Origin: Ostrea edulis
Lineage: Eukaryota
Assembly (NCBI RefSeq): GCF_947568905.1
Contig: NC_079165.1
Coordinates: 79,236,001 to 79,300,000, forward strand
Direction of reading: 5' to 3'
DNA: 64,000 bases
The translations under genes were made by a program, and so were the position numbers. Each line of letters opens with the position of its first letter. Position 1 is the first letter of the stretch. Shown piece by piece: positions 1 to 12,793 of the stretch. The notes beneath the pieces are model-generated. The model did no database searches. It was not told where the DNA came from and saw nothing but the letters and a program-made list of their open reading frames with translations.

Positions 1-163
1 CTACACCCAGAAATAGTTTCTCAAATCAGTACGAATTGATTTAATTATACCCAAGAGATATGATGATATACAAGAAGTATATATGCCAAAAAGGCAAAAA
101 AATATACAAATTTGGATAAAAACATGATTTTCATAAAAATTATTTCATTACATATGAACAAAA

Positions 164-228
164 GACTGGGGAATTTGAACTCGAGATCTGCGGTTCATCA
201 GCCCAAATGCTTTAACCACTGAGCTACG
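164..228 (-). mobile_element. Degenerate tRNA-derived SINE head
   Basis: Minus strand has A-box-like GTAGCTCAGTGGTTAAAGC followed by B-box-like GAGTTCAAAT; no complete cloverleaf. Confidence 0.35.
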
Positions 229-349
229 ATGATAGGCAAACAAATCGATCGATACATATAATTTCACAAAACATTTAAATCGCCATCTTATGACGTGGTC
301 TCATACAGAGTATAAGTTTTAGTGTAGTGAGCTACCTTAACGCCGCAAG

Positions 350-421
350 TCCCGCGCGGTTGGGTTTCAATTTCCGATTACCCGGACAAGAAGCGAGCGC
401 TCTACCAATTGAGCTACCGCG
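350..421 (-). mobile_element. tRNA-like SINE head or tRNA pseudogene
   Basis: Minus strand CGCGGTAGCTCAATTGGTAGAGCG...ATTGAAACCCAACCGCGCG has a good acceptor/D arm and a degenerate T arm. Confidence 0.4.
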
Positions 422-549
422 TTCAGATCATTAGAATGTATTTCACAAGTTGAAATCCGTACTAGTTTCAAACAGTAGATTTGAAGTGCCTTGTGAAACC
501 ATATGAACTCGTAAACCGACCCGTATCGTCATGGTTCATGTACAGACCT

Positions 550-797
550 GTGTGGATCTGGGTTAGAATAGGTCCTCAGTACCCCTACTTGTCGTAAGAG
601 GCAACTAAATGGGATGGTCCTTCGGATGAGACCGCAAAAATCGAGGTGTGGCACGATATTTTAAAGATCCCTCCCTGTTCCAAGGTCGTAAGCACCGAGC
701 TTAGGCCTAAATCTAGCAGCCCTTCGCCGACATTGATGACGTCTCTGTACAAGTAAACTTTCTTGAGAGGGACGCTAAACAGTATAAAACCAAACCT
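550..797 (+). mobile_element. SINE body/tail copy (family repeated at 24.4, 35.1, 46.6 and 58.3 kb)
   Basis: Shares GGGTTAGAATAGGTCCTCAGTACCCC...TGTGGCACGAT...AAACA-(ACCAA)-like tail with the reverse complements of four other copies in the window. Confidence 0.7.
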
Positions 798-1014
798 GAG
801 AAATGAATAACGTTTCATCACCCCGTTCAAATAAGAGCTCTAGATAGAAAATAGTGTAAAATTACAAGAATGCACCCATGAATAGAGGGCATACATGTAC
901 TTTAATTAATGGCACCGCCAAAAATTCAACTGCAAAGCACAGGTGGATCCTAATGCTGATCCGGAAAATAGACAATGATACGGTCGGAATGATGCATTGT
1001 TTCAATGTAACTCT

Positions 1015-1180
1015 GTGGCGGATCTAGAGAGAGTACTGTGGTTGCACCCATCCCCCCACGTTAGCGGAACAACCTTCAATATAAAAAGTCATTTTGTTGC
1101 GATTTTAGGGTTTTATAGTCTCCTTTATGTGGCGGAAAGGTAGCAACCACCCTTTGAAAATAAATTTTCTCGATCCGCCC
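1015..1180. mobile_element. MITE with GGCGGATC terminal inverted repeats
   Basis: GTGGCGGATCTAG at left and CGATCCGCCC at right; same end type at 11371-11615 and 49765-49955. Confidence 0.45.
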
Positions 1181-1654
1181 GGACCCTTCTACTCATAAGA
1201 AAATATCAGTTATATCTGTGAAAACCATGTAACTGCAATTGAAATCATTTGAAGGATTTGGCATTGTAATTTATATTATTATATAGCTAATAAATAGTCT
1301 AATATAAAATCTGCGTAAAATCTAGAGAATGTTAGCGTTCAATATCCTGAGAATTTATTGACGTTACCGTAACGACGTAAACAAGCAAAAATGGCAGACG
1401 ACGGTCCTCCGAATTTGACAGAGCCGGTATTTGATATTTACTTAAGCATTATGTTTTACTGTACATAAATTATGATGTCCCCATTTACAAAATCAGTTTG
1501 CTTCATGTATTAATGACGGGTTAAATATTGAACAGTTAAGAAATGCATGCTGTTATTGCACACTGGCAATATTGATGAATTCTCGTCTATTTTGGAGTAG
1601 TTTGAGTGAAAATGGATATAACTTAACAACCAAATACTTTAGCTATATAATAAA

Positions 1655-1776
1655 AGGGTTATTGAACTTATATAGGTGAATATTGGCACTCGTTGGCTGT
1701 CAAAATGCACTCGCAAGCTCGTGCATTTTCACAGCCAACTCGTGCCAATATTCACCGATATAAGTTCAATAACCCT
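1655..1776. mobile_element. Near-perfect ~122-bp palindrome (MITE or non-autonomous element end)
   Basis: AGGGTTATTGAACTTATA...TATAAGTTCAATAACCCT; arms pair almost throughout around a GCAAGC centre. Confidence 0.7.
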
Positions 1777-1808
1777 ATATTATTCGGTTACTTTAAAAAG
1801 TGATTACA

Positions 1809-2398
1809 CACCTCGATAAAGGTCAATATCTTCCTCACTGTAAATTTAACTGCACCCCTCGATAAAGGTCAATATCTTCCTCACTGTAAATTTAACTGCA
1901 CCCCTCGATAAAGGTCAATATCTTCCTCACTGTAAATTTAACTGCACCCCTCGATAAAGGTCAATATCTTCCTCACTGTAAATTTAACTGCACCCCTCGA
2001 TAAAGGTCAGTATCTTCCTCACTGTAAATTCAACTGCACCCCTCGATAAAGGTCAATATCTTCCTCACTGTAAATTTAACTGTACCCCTCGATAAAGGTC
2101 AATATCTTCCTCACTGTAAATTCAACTGCACCCCTCGATAAAGGTCAATATCTTCCTCACTGTAAATTTAACTGCACCCCTCAATAAAGGTCAATATCTT
2201 CCTCACTGTAAATTCAACTGCACCCCTCGATAAAGGTCAATATCTTCCTCACTGTAAATTTAACTGCACCCCTCAATAAAGGTCAATATCTTCCTCACTG
2301 TAAATTCAACTGCACCCCTCGATAAAGGTCAATATCTTCCTCACTGTAAATTTAACTGCACCCCTCGATAAAGGTCAGTATCTTCCTCACTGTAAATT
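1809..2398. repeat. 46-bp minisatellite, 13 copies
   Basis: Unit CCCCTCGATAAAGGTCAATATCTTCCTCACTGTAAATTTAACTGCA; GATAAA recurs at 1815, 1861 ... 2367; no spacers. Confidence 0.95.
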
Positions 2399-3548
2399 TG
2401 AATCTACATGTATGTTTTACTTGCAGAAATCTATAAAAGAAATTTTCATTTCGGCAAGCAACGATTTCTCTTGTCCTTTTGACCTGCCTTTCATTTGAAA
2501 TTATATAAAAGTCAGAGAAATATATCATCTTCATGAAAAGGATTTAGATGAATTTGGATAAATTCTGTAATGCTATTTTCAGTATCCTTTAGACGCAATA
2601 TTTTTCCTATTGTGTATAGTTCTTCTATTCAAAATTATGATGCCCTTTAAAAAGAAACTGGAACAGTTACATATCTAATTAGAAAATTCATTTATTATAA
2701 ATTACAAAATAACTGATAATAGAAACGAATATAGAATAATACATGATCATGAAAATAATATTATATCTCTAACCTGTGAACCTGTTTAATTAATTCCGCT
2801 GCAAAAGATATCCCCGTTGTTTAGTTGTTCACAAGTAAACCACATTTTTGCATCATACAATTAGTTCCAATTACCGAGGAAAATTTTGGCAATTAATCGC
2901 AAGTCGAAGCATGAAAACAGCCTCGGAATAGATCATCTATTGACTGCACTGCAGAAAGGTGTGATTATAGGTTGATAGAGCGCACAGGACAATGGGTCAT
3001 GTTTGGTTCTTCCTTCAGGCGACAGGCCTTGTCTATAGAGCCCGTGTCGTAGTAACCATCACAAATATGGAGAAACCAGGACCAGTAACATAGACAGTAA
3101 ACTTATCGATATGATTGATTGAATGATAGTATGCTTGTAAAATATGTCCCACTACAGAACCCTCCTTTTCATTATTTGTTTTACGTGTAGGTTATTTGTC
3201 GTCATATGAAGCAGGTCAATTATTTCAATATCGTTCCTCTCACCCGTTGCCAACATTATATTGGAGTCGTAAAATTATTTAATATCTTATAATTTGAGTA
3301 CACACATTTTTCTCTTTCGCATAAAATACCTGCTGAAATAAAGTAGCTTCTAAAGGCAAAGAAATGTAACTCTAAAAGTCGTTTTCATGTCTAAGTGATT
3401 TACTAGTCATATTTCCAAAACATTGTCCTTTTCTTCGTTTATTATAATTTTTTCAATATATTTCTATCGATAACAGGTTTTTTTTAAATGCAATGTTAAA
3501 TATCAGCAAATTCTGAGATTGTTCATGACAATTAGTCTCTTTTGAATG

Positions 3549-4225
3549 TGAAAGGTCTATTGGACATGTGGTTGCTTCCGTGTGAAAGGTTTGTTGGGCG
3601 TGTGGTTGCTTCAATGTCAATGGTTTGTTGGGTGTGTGGCTGCTTCAATATGAAAAGTTTGTTGGGCGTGTGGTTGCTTCAATATGAAAGGTTTGTTAGG
3701 CGTGTGGTTGCTTCAATGTGAAAAGTTTGTTGGGCGTGTGGTGGCTTTAATATGAAAGGTCTGTTAGGCGTGTGGTTGCTTCAATGTGAAAGGTTTGCTG
3801 GGCGTGTGGTTGCTTCAATATGAAAGGTTTGTTAGGCGTGTGGTTGCTTCAATATGAAATATTTGTTGGGCGTGTGGTTGCTTCAATATGAAAGGTTTGT
3901 TAGACGTGTGATTGCTTCAATATGAAAGATTTGTTGGGCGTGTGGTTGCTTCAATATGAAAGGTTTGTTAGGCGTGCGGTTGCTTCAATGTGAAAGATTT
4001 GTTGGGCGTGTGGTTGCTTCAATATGAAAGGTTTGTTGGGCGTGTGGTTGCTTCAATGGCAATGGTTTGTTGGGCGTGTGGTTGCTTCAATATGAAAGGT
4101 TTGTTGGGCGTGTGGTCGTTTCAATGTCAATGGTTTGTTGGGCGTGTGGTTGCTTCAATATTAAAGGTTTGTTGGGCGTGTGGTCGTTTCAATGTCAATG
4201 GTTTGTTGGGTGTGTGGTTGCCTTT
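3549..4225. repeat. 34-bp minisatellite, ~20 copies
   Basis: Unit AAAGGTTTGTTGGGCGTGTGGTTGCTTCAATATG; produces the spurious ORFs at 3990 and 4067. Confidence 0.95.
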
Positions 4226-4339
4226 AATCTTTGTTCAGCTTTTACCTCAGTTTGCATTGAGAGCACTTCAAACTTTACTTTGGTTACAAATGTTAAATTT
4301 ACATGCAGATGTTGTGCCAGGTTGTTTCTTCTTTTCCTT

Positions 4340-4470
4340 TGTTTTGGTTTTTTGGGGGTTGTTTTGGTTTTTGGGGGGTTGTTTTGGTTTTTGGGGGGTT
4401 GTCATGGTTTTTTGGGGGTTGTTTTGGTGTTTTGGGGGTTGTTTTGGTTTTTTTGGGGTTGTTTTGGTTT
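4340..4470. repeat. G/T low-complexity ~21-bp repeat
   Basis: TTTTGGGGGTTGTTTTGGTTT-like unit, about 6 copies. Confidence 0.8.
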
Positions 4471-4799
4471 CCTTTTTAATTATTGTTTTGGTATTGTTGT
4501 TCTGCAGCCTATTAAAGAATTTTCACTAATAGAGACTTCATCAACTGTGGATGAAGTGCCATAAAATTTGACCTGGTACTCAAGGTCATAGCAGCGAGGT
4601 TCTCTATCGTGCCAAGGCCTATTTAAGTATGACCTTGAGTTTCATAACCAACCCTAGATTTATGAAATTTCCCCTTCAGCTGAAGTCTCAATATGAATGA
4701 AATATTCTCGAAGGAACGTTTGGATTTGAACAGTTTGTTATCATGTAAACATAATAAGAGTTAGACAACAGCGGAGCTTAAATAAGCTTCTCCTTTAAG

Positions 4800-5110
4800 G
4801 TGGTGTGCCTGTTTGTTGGTTAAAAAATACGTTCCGTCGAGATTTTCTCACTCATATTAAGACGTCATCAGCTGCAGGTGAAGTACCAAGAAATTAAACC
4901 TATAATTAGCGGCACGGGACCTCCGTTTTTAAAGTCATATCCAAAAGTCCCTTGATTTTCACTATCATATGACGAGCGTTTGGCAAAAGAGCACTCACTA
5001 CCTATATTTACGTCTTATGCTTGACGTCCGGGACCATGGCACGAGCGGCGCTCGAACTCACGACCGCCCGGTACCGTCACGGAGTACAACGTACCATCCA
5101 CATAATGATG
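4800..5110 (-). mobile_element. tRNA-headed SINE
   Basis: Minus strand B-box GGTCGTGAGTTCGAG at ~5053-5067; body homologous to the interrupted copy at 42815-43585; tail similar to the 550-797 family. Confidence 0.6.
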
Positions 5111-5332
5111 TAAGTAAGAAATTACAATGTATAAGATGACAAAGGTTTTATCCAGGAGAACTCGTACCCAGACTCTGTAAGGGTTTTTGTAGAGGTTTGG
5201 CATCCATTGTAGGTACTGTAACTCGCATGTATTCGTCCCATTCTCTGGTATATCAAACGTGTTTAAAACTGAAGCATAATTTTAAAGAATTTCGTCTTTT
5301 GAAAGAGAACATGGAAATTATGTAGAATTACT

Positions 5333-5790
5333 ATGAAAGGTGCAGATAACGAACAGCGATCAATCTCATAAATCCCATAAACTATACAAAATAGATAGTT
5401 GGGCAAACATGGACCCTGGATTCACCAGAGGTGGGATCAGGTGCCTACAAGTAGTAACCATCCCCTGTCGATCGATCACACACGCCGTAAGCCCTATATC
5501 TTGATCAGGTAAACGAATTTATCCGTAGTCAAAATCAGTGTGCCACGAACGGTCTAACAATCGGTATGAAACACGTCAGACAGCACTTGACCCAATGATA
5601 GTTTGTATTGGCAAACTAGATCGTTATAACAACCATAGAATTTGCGAAATGCTGACTTTAAACGATAATGTTGAAACCCTATTACCATCAATTTGTTTGT
5701 CAGTAGCTTGTCTCGATTTAAAAACTGACCATACGCAGAACAAGCTCTTGCGTATCGAATCAGTTGAGAGATATATGGAATAAAAGCCAA
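5333..5790 (-). mobile_element. Penelope-like (probably Naiad-type) retroelement 3' fragment
   Basis: ORF YISQLIRYARACSAYGQFLNR..LTNKLM...SDVFHTDC* is an RT thumb C-terminus, followed by the shared 3' UTR ending TTATC(T)TCACCTTTCA. Confidence 0.7.
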
Positions 5791-6284
5791 GTTCGTTTAA
5801 AGAGTTACTCTTCATCGTCATAATGGCTGCCTTCCTTTTAAAACATGTATGAAAATCTAAATACATATCAGCAATATTTGTCAATTTGAAATGTATCGCC
5901 TAGCTGAGTAGCTCAGAAGGTTAGCACGTCTGTTACGTAGCCGGTGATGATTTGGGATCACATTTCACCTCAAATCGTCGCCCTCCTGAATTGTCGCCCG
6001 CCAATATTTCATTAACTTTTTTTTAAGGATAGATTACTCAGAAGTTATTTTATTGTATCCCCTCTTACATGGGGGTACAGAGGTTTCACTTGCTCTGTTT
6101 GTCTGCACTCATACATGTATATATTACATTCCATTATGAAATATACTTGTAGTCATTTATCATAAAATATAAAACCAGACAGCACTTTTCAAGACAAAAA
6201 TCTGAAACATATTTTTATTTATCATACGTATGATTAATACATGCGATATGAAGTATTTCGTAATATACCCTCACTTTTTCCTGC

Positions 6285-8670
6285 TCATATAAATTCGATC
6301 ACGTTTGTTCTGTTAACAATTTCCCGGCACAGATACCCCAGGTAAAACCATGGATTTCCGTTTCCTTTCGGGGTATATAACTGAAGTTCAGTCTGTGGTT
6401 TAAGTGCTTTTCGACCCCGATTTGAATACATTGCAAAAAGCACCTGCTGATCAGAATTCATCAGGTGCTGATCTAGGAAATATAACAATGCTTTACGATA
6501 CAATTCTTCGAATTTGATGAAAATATTTTTTGTACCTATAAACATCCCACCGCCTACCCACACCTTGTTATGTCGAAATATCTCATATGGATTAATTTCC
6601 ATATGTCGACGAAACATTAGATTAACTGATATCCGTCCTGGATCTTGATCATTCGGAATTTTTAATTCGAAAAATTGTTCGCTTCCGACTAAATCTCTAA
6701 AATATCCCACGTCCAACCACGCGTAGTACGGTGTGTTGTATATATTCTTCCGCGCTGCATCCGCTACGACTGTAAATTTTGTATGCTGTGCTGCAGCATA
6801 CAATGCATTGACAGTGTTGGGATGGTATGCTGGATATCCAGGCTGTTTATATACTCTCTGTATCCTGTCCACCAGCCCGAAGGACCAAATCGACTTCCTT
6901 TCCTCATAGAAAATTTCTGTTTGGTAATTCAATTTTCCTTCAGATCTCAGTTTCTTCATCAAATCTACGAATTCTTTACTGTCTGTGTAAACTACAAGGG
7001 GATTCATTAAATACTGGAAACTTTTCATCCAGGAGAAATATGTATTTTTGGTGAATAGAGCACTTGACCCTTTTTTAAAGGTTCCGATGTTCCAATAAGC
7101 TGTCACAATCGTTAGGTTTGATGACGATATTTTTCCGTAAATCCAATCGCCGCTAATTCTAGAAAATATCCACGAAAGAAAATTTTGCAGACTTATATTA
7201 TTCGGATGGGTTGATGTTATACGCAGATAAATCGATTTTGGTATGTCCCATGCCTGAAAGAAAAACATAAGAGATTATAAGATTTATAGACATTTAACTT
7301 GTTTCAAATGAAAAACGTGATTGGTGTAGTATAACCGATCGAGATCGAGAGAGAGATGATCTTGTAATAATCGAGTGTCATTATAACCACGTCCATCGGT
7401 ATCTGAACATAATCAACAATATTATATGGGGTAAGTGACTTGTACCATAGTTTACTATTATTCATTATATTTTATCATAGCTTTCGGAAGCGGGGTCGCC
7501 TGTTTACAATATGATGTCAATAGTTATGTCTTTACATTACACTTTGTACACCATATATTTCTATCATAATGACTGTCTATCACCGAAAAATGTACATGTT
7601 TATTTATTGTTTTTAAAGTGCATATAAATGTTTGGACTGTTGGTTTTGATATTTTTATTTAACATTTACACATTCTCCGACTTTTAGTACCGGTAATGGC
7701 TTTTAAGAATTGAAATTAAAAAATTCATATAAAATTCTAAGAACACATATTCGTGCATTTTTCTGTTTAAGAATTTAGCAATATATTCAACTGACGATGG
7801 TGGTTACTCTTTTGAAAATCCTATTTGATATCCTGCATTCTAATACATATTTTGACTAAATTGGCTGGAAAAACATTTACATGTATATACAATTTTTTTT
7901 TTTTAAATGTTGAAACATACATGTAAGAGAGAATTTTTTTTTAAGAATTGTAAGACGCGAAACCATAAAAGAAACACAAGTCTGATTCACTCTGTCCGCT
8001 AAACAAGTTTATCTCTCAAACGCGTTCTTATCACGTGACTGGGACTTTTATAAAACTCTTTATAAATGATACCGTATATTTCTACGTACACGTGTTTCTC
8101 GACTTGAGGAGAATATGGAAACAGAAAGTCTTTGGGACGAGACAATTGACGATATCATCTTGTATCAAAGTTTAAGTGAGATTGAGTGCGAATATCTATA
8201 ATGCATTTGGAGAACTTAGTCTGAGTGAGTTATCCGTGTTTGATATGTGCAATTTTGATCTGGAGGAACTTCATACAGTGGACAGTGATGTTTTTTTTTC
8301 TTTCGAGAATGTGGGCTGGATTTGAAGAAAAGTGTGGGTTATGTACAGATAACCCACACTTTTAACAAAAGAAAGCACGCCAAACTATGGTACAATAAAG
8401 ACATTTGAAAGAATAATACTGACACATGTACAAAACAACAACAAAACAAATAAATAAGTGGATAATGAATATGAAAATGTCCACTTCTTAATTAATATTT
8501 CAATTTGATCGTAGGTTTTCTCTCAATACACGAAAAATGCCGACATATTTTATTACTATATCTACAAAATCAGTACTTACTGACAAGTTAGTCCAGATAG
8601 ATATCATCAAAAGAAATACCATGAAAACAAAGAAGAATAAAAGAACACCCCAATGTCTAAACCTCGGCAT
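6285..8670 (-). CDS. HtrL/YibB-like type II membrane protein, 2 exons (8670-8581; 7253-6285), 352 aa
   Basis: Exon 1 MPRFRHWGVLLFFFVFMVFLLMISIWTNLS is a signal anchor ending at a GTAAGT phase-0 donor. Exon 2 starts after TTCTTTCAG in frame. Motifs TIVTAYWNIG, YAWLDVGYFR, VGGGMFIG and SDQQV are recognised as HtrL-type. Confidence 0.85.
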
Positions 8671-9249
8671 GATAATAACGTGAGCATGTGCGCCTTTTTA
8701 AAGGTAGAACACGTACATCACCCCTACTAACGTTATTGTTATTTAAATTTACACCACGTGGGTTTTTTTACCCATTAAAAGGCATTATCCTGTTATTCAC
8801 TTCGCGAATCAAATCAGTTTGACGTTGTTGACGTTGACGTCAATTTCATCCCTGTGCATGTTTATCCCAATCCTAAACATTTTATAGGGATTTTGGCCCT
8901 CTTTTACTTCTGATATACTTAATGTTATACTTAATGTACCTCACTTGTTATATTACTTTTACATTTTATATCCATCTTAAGTACTTGCCTTTATTCCGTA
9001 AATATATATACATCATATGGGAAAACAGCAATGTTATTCGTACATGTATGTAATTTGTAAAGCTGGGTTTTGGGTAAACCCATTATTGACCACTGATTTC
9101 TGGTCGCTATTTTTCACAGTAATGTTATTTAAACTTTTGGTTCTGTATTAATGTTTTGTATCCGTTGAATACTTCTCACGAAGGAATAGACTTGAGAATA
9201 GTGACTACTGTTGCCTTGGACGAAAACCTGACTTGATGCGCTAATTAAG

Positions 9250-9760
9250 GCCAATTTCATTTTGTATTAAATCCGCATAATTCCTCGATACGGAATAACG
9301 TAACATATTTACATAATAGCACTGATAAAAGTTTTTCAATTCTATAAAACATGGATGTACTTAATTCTTACGTAGAAGTAAAACACGCACTTGTTGCGCG
9401 GATCAAAGCCAATTTTATTTTGTATTAAATTCGCCTAAATGCTTGATATGAACATACGGAATAATGTAATATTTACTGATATCAACGATTTATTCCGTTA
9501 AAGTTATTCAATACAATTAAACATGGATGTACTTAATTTCATGTAGAAGTAAAACACGCATTTGTTGCGCGGATCAAAACCAGTTTTATTTTATATTAAA
9601 TTCGTCTACATCCTTGATATGAATATACGGAATAAAGTAACATTTACATAGTACAGATTTATTCCGTAAAAGTTATTCAATATGATAAAACACGGATGTA
9701 CTTAATTCTTCTGTAGAAGTAAAACACACACTTTACTATGAATAGTGCTTGTGTGTATAC
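9250..9760. repeat. ~170-bp degenerate tandem repeat, 3 copies
   Basis: ACATGGATGTACTTAATT..GTAGAAGTAAAACAC recurs at ~9351, 9521 and 9691. A Helitron/Helentron core-repeat origin is inference. Confidence 0.75.
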
Positions 9761-11370
9761 GGAATAAATGTAAGTTAATATTATAAAACTCTTTCATTTG
9801 TATTTTTCTTCATCTTTCTTGCGCTCTCCCTTTAAAATTAGAGTTGTGAAGGAAATAAATTCCGAGGTTTTGAGTACATTTAAAGAGCTTGCGTCGCTAT
9901 TTACTCCTGTTATTTGCTTCGCTTTGCACAAAAACGTGCTATTTTCTTGATTTGGTGCCAAGACAACACTAGACTAGCCACACAAACACCGCTTGGTAAT
10001 CAATACAAATAAAGCATCAATCTAATTAAAATAAAATATTAATTGGATCCAAAGTCTCAAATTTTAATTACATTTTTGGGGCTTTGAATATCTGAGAGAG
10101 AGAGAGAGAGGGTGAGGGGAAAAAATGCAATGCATATTTTAAGGGAGGTAATATAATACAAAAAAGTAGATAACAAGTAAAACGCAGTTTTGGGGTATAC
10201 GCCACCCTTGTCGTATATGTGTGGCCTTACTCTACAGCGTATATTAAATTTTGATTTAACATGCAACTAGAGAGTAATTTTGATGATACTGACATTCAAA
10301 TGTACCATAATAAAAGGAATTTTTAAGTTGTAAGCGAAGAAACCAGCACTTGACGAAGGAATTAAAAACAAACACCGTAGTTTAATTACTGGTATTTGTT
10401 GGGTATAGGTAATTGTAAGCTGATAAGCAGATTGCATGCCCTGGAGTAGATACATTACAATTTTGACATCCTGTATTCGAAGCGTTGAACATATACACAC
10501 AGGGTCTTCTCCCCTGTGTGTTGTTTTAAGAACACGTGCAGCAGAGACCAACAGGTGTACATGTACATATAAACGATGTTCGATTGAAATGAGAAAACAA
10601 AAATCTTTCTTTTAATATAATATAAAATTTACATTTTTTTAATTCTTAAAACATACAAAATAATATTTTGTTATTAATAATTTTTTTTAACCAATTCTCG
10701 AAGTCTACACAAACGCCATTAATACAGACAGAACATATTAATCTTGCACTCGTATACGGTTATTTGTGGATCTATTTGTATTATTTTTTCACTGTAAAAA
10801 ACTATTAGGACACAGCTCCTAATCCTTATCATTAAATGTAGCATAAAATACTATTAAAAAACCAAATTAAATGCTGGGGGGTTTTTTTTGTTGGTTTTTT
10901 TTTATTTTTATTTTTTTTGATTTTTTTGGGGGGGGGGGGGGTTGGTTGGGGTTGGGGGGGTTAGAATAAAAAAAAAATTGGAGGTGTATTAAATATGCTA
11001 AATCCTAAGTATATCTGGTTTTAGTAGGTCCCTGATTTTATTTTTCATTTTTTCTAAAATGATTTTTTTAATATACCGGTATGTAATGCGAGATAGCTGT
11101 CCATAAGCAAGCCGTACTCATTTTCTGCCGACGAATAAAATAGCTATCGTACAGTTAGTTTGTCCTAACAGGTAAATAACGGTACTTCACACCGCGGCGT
11201 TGTAAATCTGCCCCGCGATGAAATCCCGCGGAGGGATAGCGCGGGAAGGATTAACATACCGCGGGGGGAGCGCGGTCTAATATGGGATTCGCGATGGCCG
11301 AACTGTATGTCTCTGGTGTTCGTCGACCTATTGGGCTAAAAGTTTGTATGTAGATTACAAGTGACCCTCT

Positions 11371-11615
11371 GGCGGATCCAGGAATTTCATAACGGGGGGG
11401 GGGGGGGCAGTAGAAGGTTGGGGTTGCCTTGAAGCTTTGCACTGATGGGGGTGCAGGAAGCTAACGAAATTGTGCCAATAAGAGAGTGGGTTCTTTTTCA
11501 TTTAGATAATGAACATATAACGTCTACATACGTATAGTTTGCTCTTTTGTGGGCGTTTGTAATAACGAATCAGAGGGGGGGGGGGGGGGTCCGGCGCGCC
11601 GGCGCTGGATCCGCC
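11371..11615. mobile_element. MITE with GGCGGATCCAG TIRs
   Basis: GGCGGATCCAG...CTGGATCCGCC with internal poly-G runs. Confidence 0.6.
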
Positions 11616-11933
11616 TTTGCATGCCTCCCAAAAATGAGAATTCTGCAATGAAAGCTTAAAGCACCGCGAGCTGTGCACAATTTTCAGCAACTCTGCAATA
11701 TCTCAGGTGTTTATGAACCGATTTGTGTGTTACGTGTGTCCCTGGCATGTGCTTCCCGTAACATGAAAGATCTTGATCGCGAGCTCAAAGCGCCAAGAGC
11801 TGTGATCATAGCGAACTATTTCCGACTGTCACTCAGATGTTTGTGAACCGATTGAGCTGAAATTATGCATGTAGGTTATATGGGACTAAGCGCATAGGTT
11901 TCATTTATTTGTTTGTTTGTGCATTTACTTTTT

Positions 11934-11938
<5 letters not shown>

Positions 11939-11973
<35 letters not shown>
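11939..11973. repeat. (GA)n microsatellite
   Basis: Direct reading. Confidence 0.95.
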
Positions 11974-11977
<4 letters not shown>

Positions 11978-12689
11978 GTTTCACGCAAAGCTAGTGCAAT
12001 TAAACAGTACGGTAAAAAATTTCGCATTAAAAGCAGTAACAAAAACAATGATTTGAGCTACTCATGTTTTAAGCAGACGAACATTTTTAAAGGTAAAAAG
12101 AAATTGTCAAGTCAAAAACGTAATAAAAAGTAATACATTTTGTATTACCAGACATATTGTCTGGTAATACTTTACCATAGCCAGAACGAGCCTTTTCTCT
12201 TGGGTGTTGTCACACAAACCCTATTAATTTGCATAATATCCGACGTAATTTCTCAAACTCATATCAACCAAGAGAGCAATGAATGTTCTTTACCAATATG
12301 TAACGTTCTTTGAAAACTGTTGATCCAAACGGGAGTTCTTGTTTGTTTTTTGTTTTGTTTTTTGTTTTTGGGGTTTTTTTTTTGGTTGTTGTTTGGTTTG
12401 GTTTTTTTTAAAATAAATCATATCCCCGGCCAATATCTGCCCGTCAAAACCACAAATTTCGCCTTTGTCTCAGTCGGTTAGTCGATGGGTCGGGTATGTT
12501 GTTCACGATATCTCAAGATCGACTTGAGTGAAATCAACCAAATATGGTAGGGAGGTAATAATTAACCCAAAGTTACATCCCGTTAAATCAAATTTCAAGT
12601 TGGCTAACTGGCGCATGCGCAATGAAAAAATATATCACGAACGATTGAAATGAAACCAACCATTTGATAGGATGATGCATGTGACATAC

Positions 12690-12793
12690 AATCTGATTAG
12701 AATAAGATCTTTGATCCGCTATGTTATTGTTATGTCGCTATGTAGCGACATAACAATAACGGAACTAATCAAAGATCTTATCTTAATCAGATT
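12690..12793. mobile_element. 104-bp palindromic foldback/MITE
   Basis: AATCTGATTAGAATAAGATCTTTGAT...ATCAAAGATCTTATCTTAATCAGATT with inner arm TTATTGTTATGTCGCTA/TAGCGACATAACAATAA. Confidence 0.7.

Noticed and set aside
1809-2398. CRISPR-like regular repeats (also 3549-4225, 13508-14535, 59972-62185)
   Set aside because: Units are contiguous with no unique spacers and there are no cas genes; these are eukaryotic minisatellites.
3990-4564. Hydrophobic ORFs of 179 and 165 aa
   Set aside because: Translate the 34-bp and G/T repeats.
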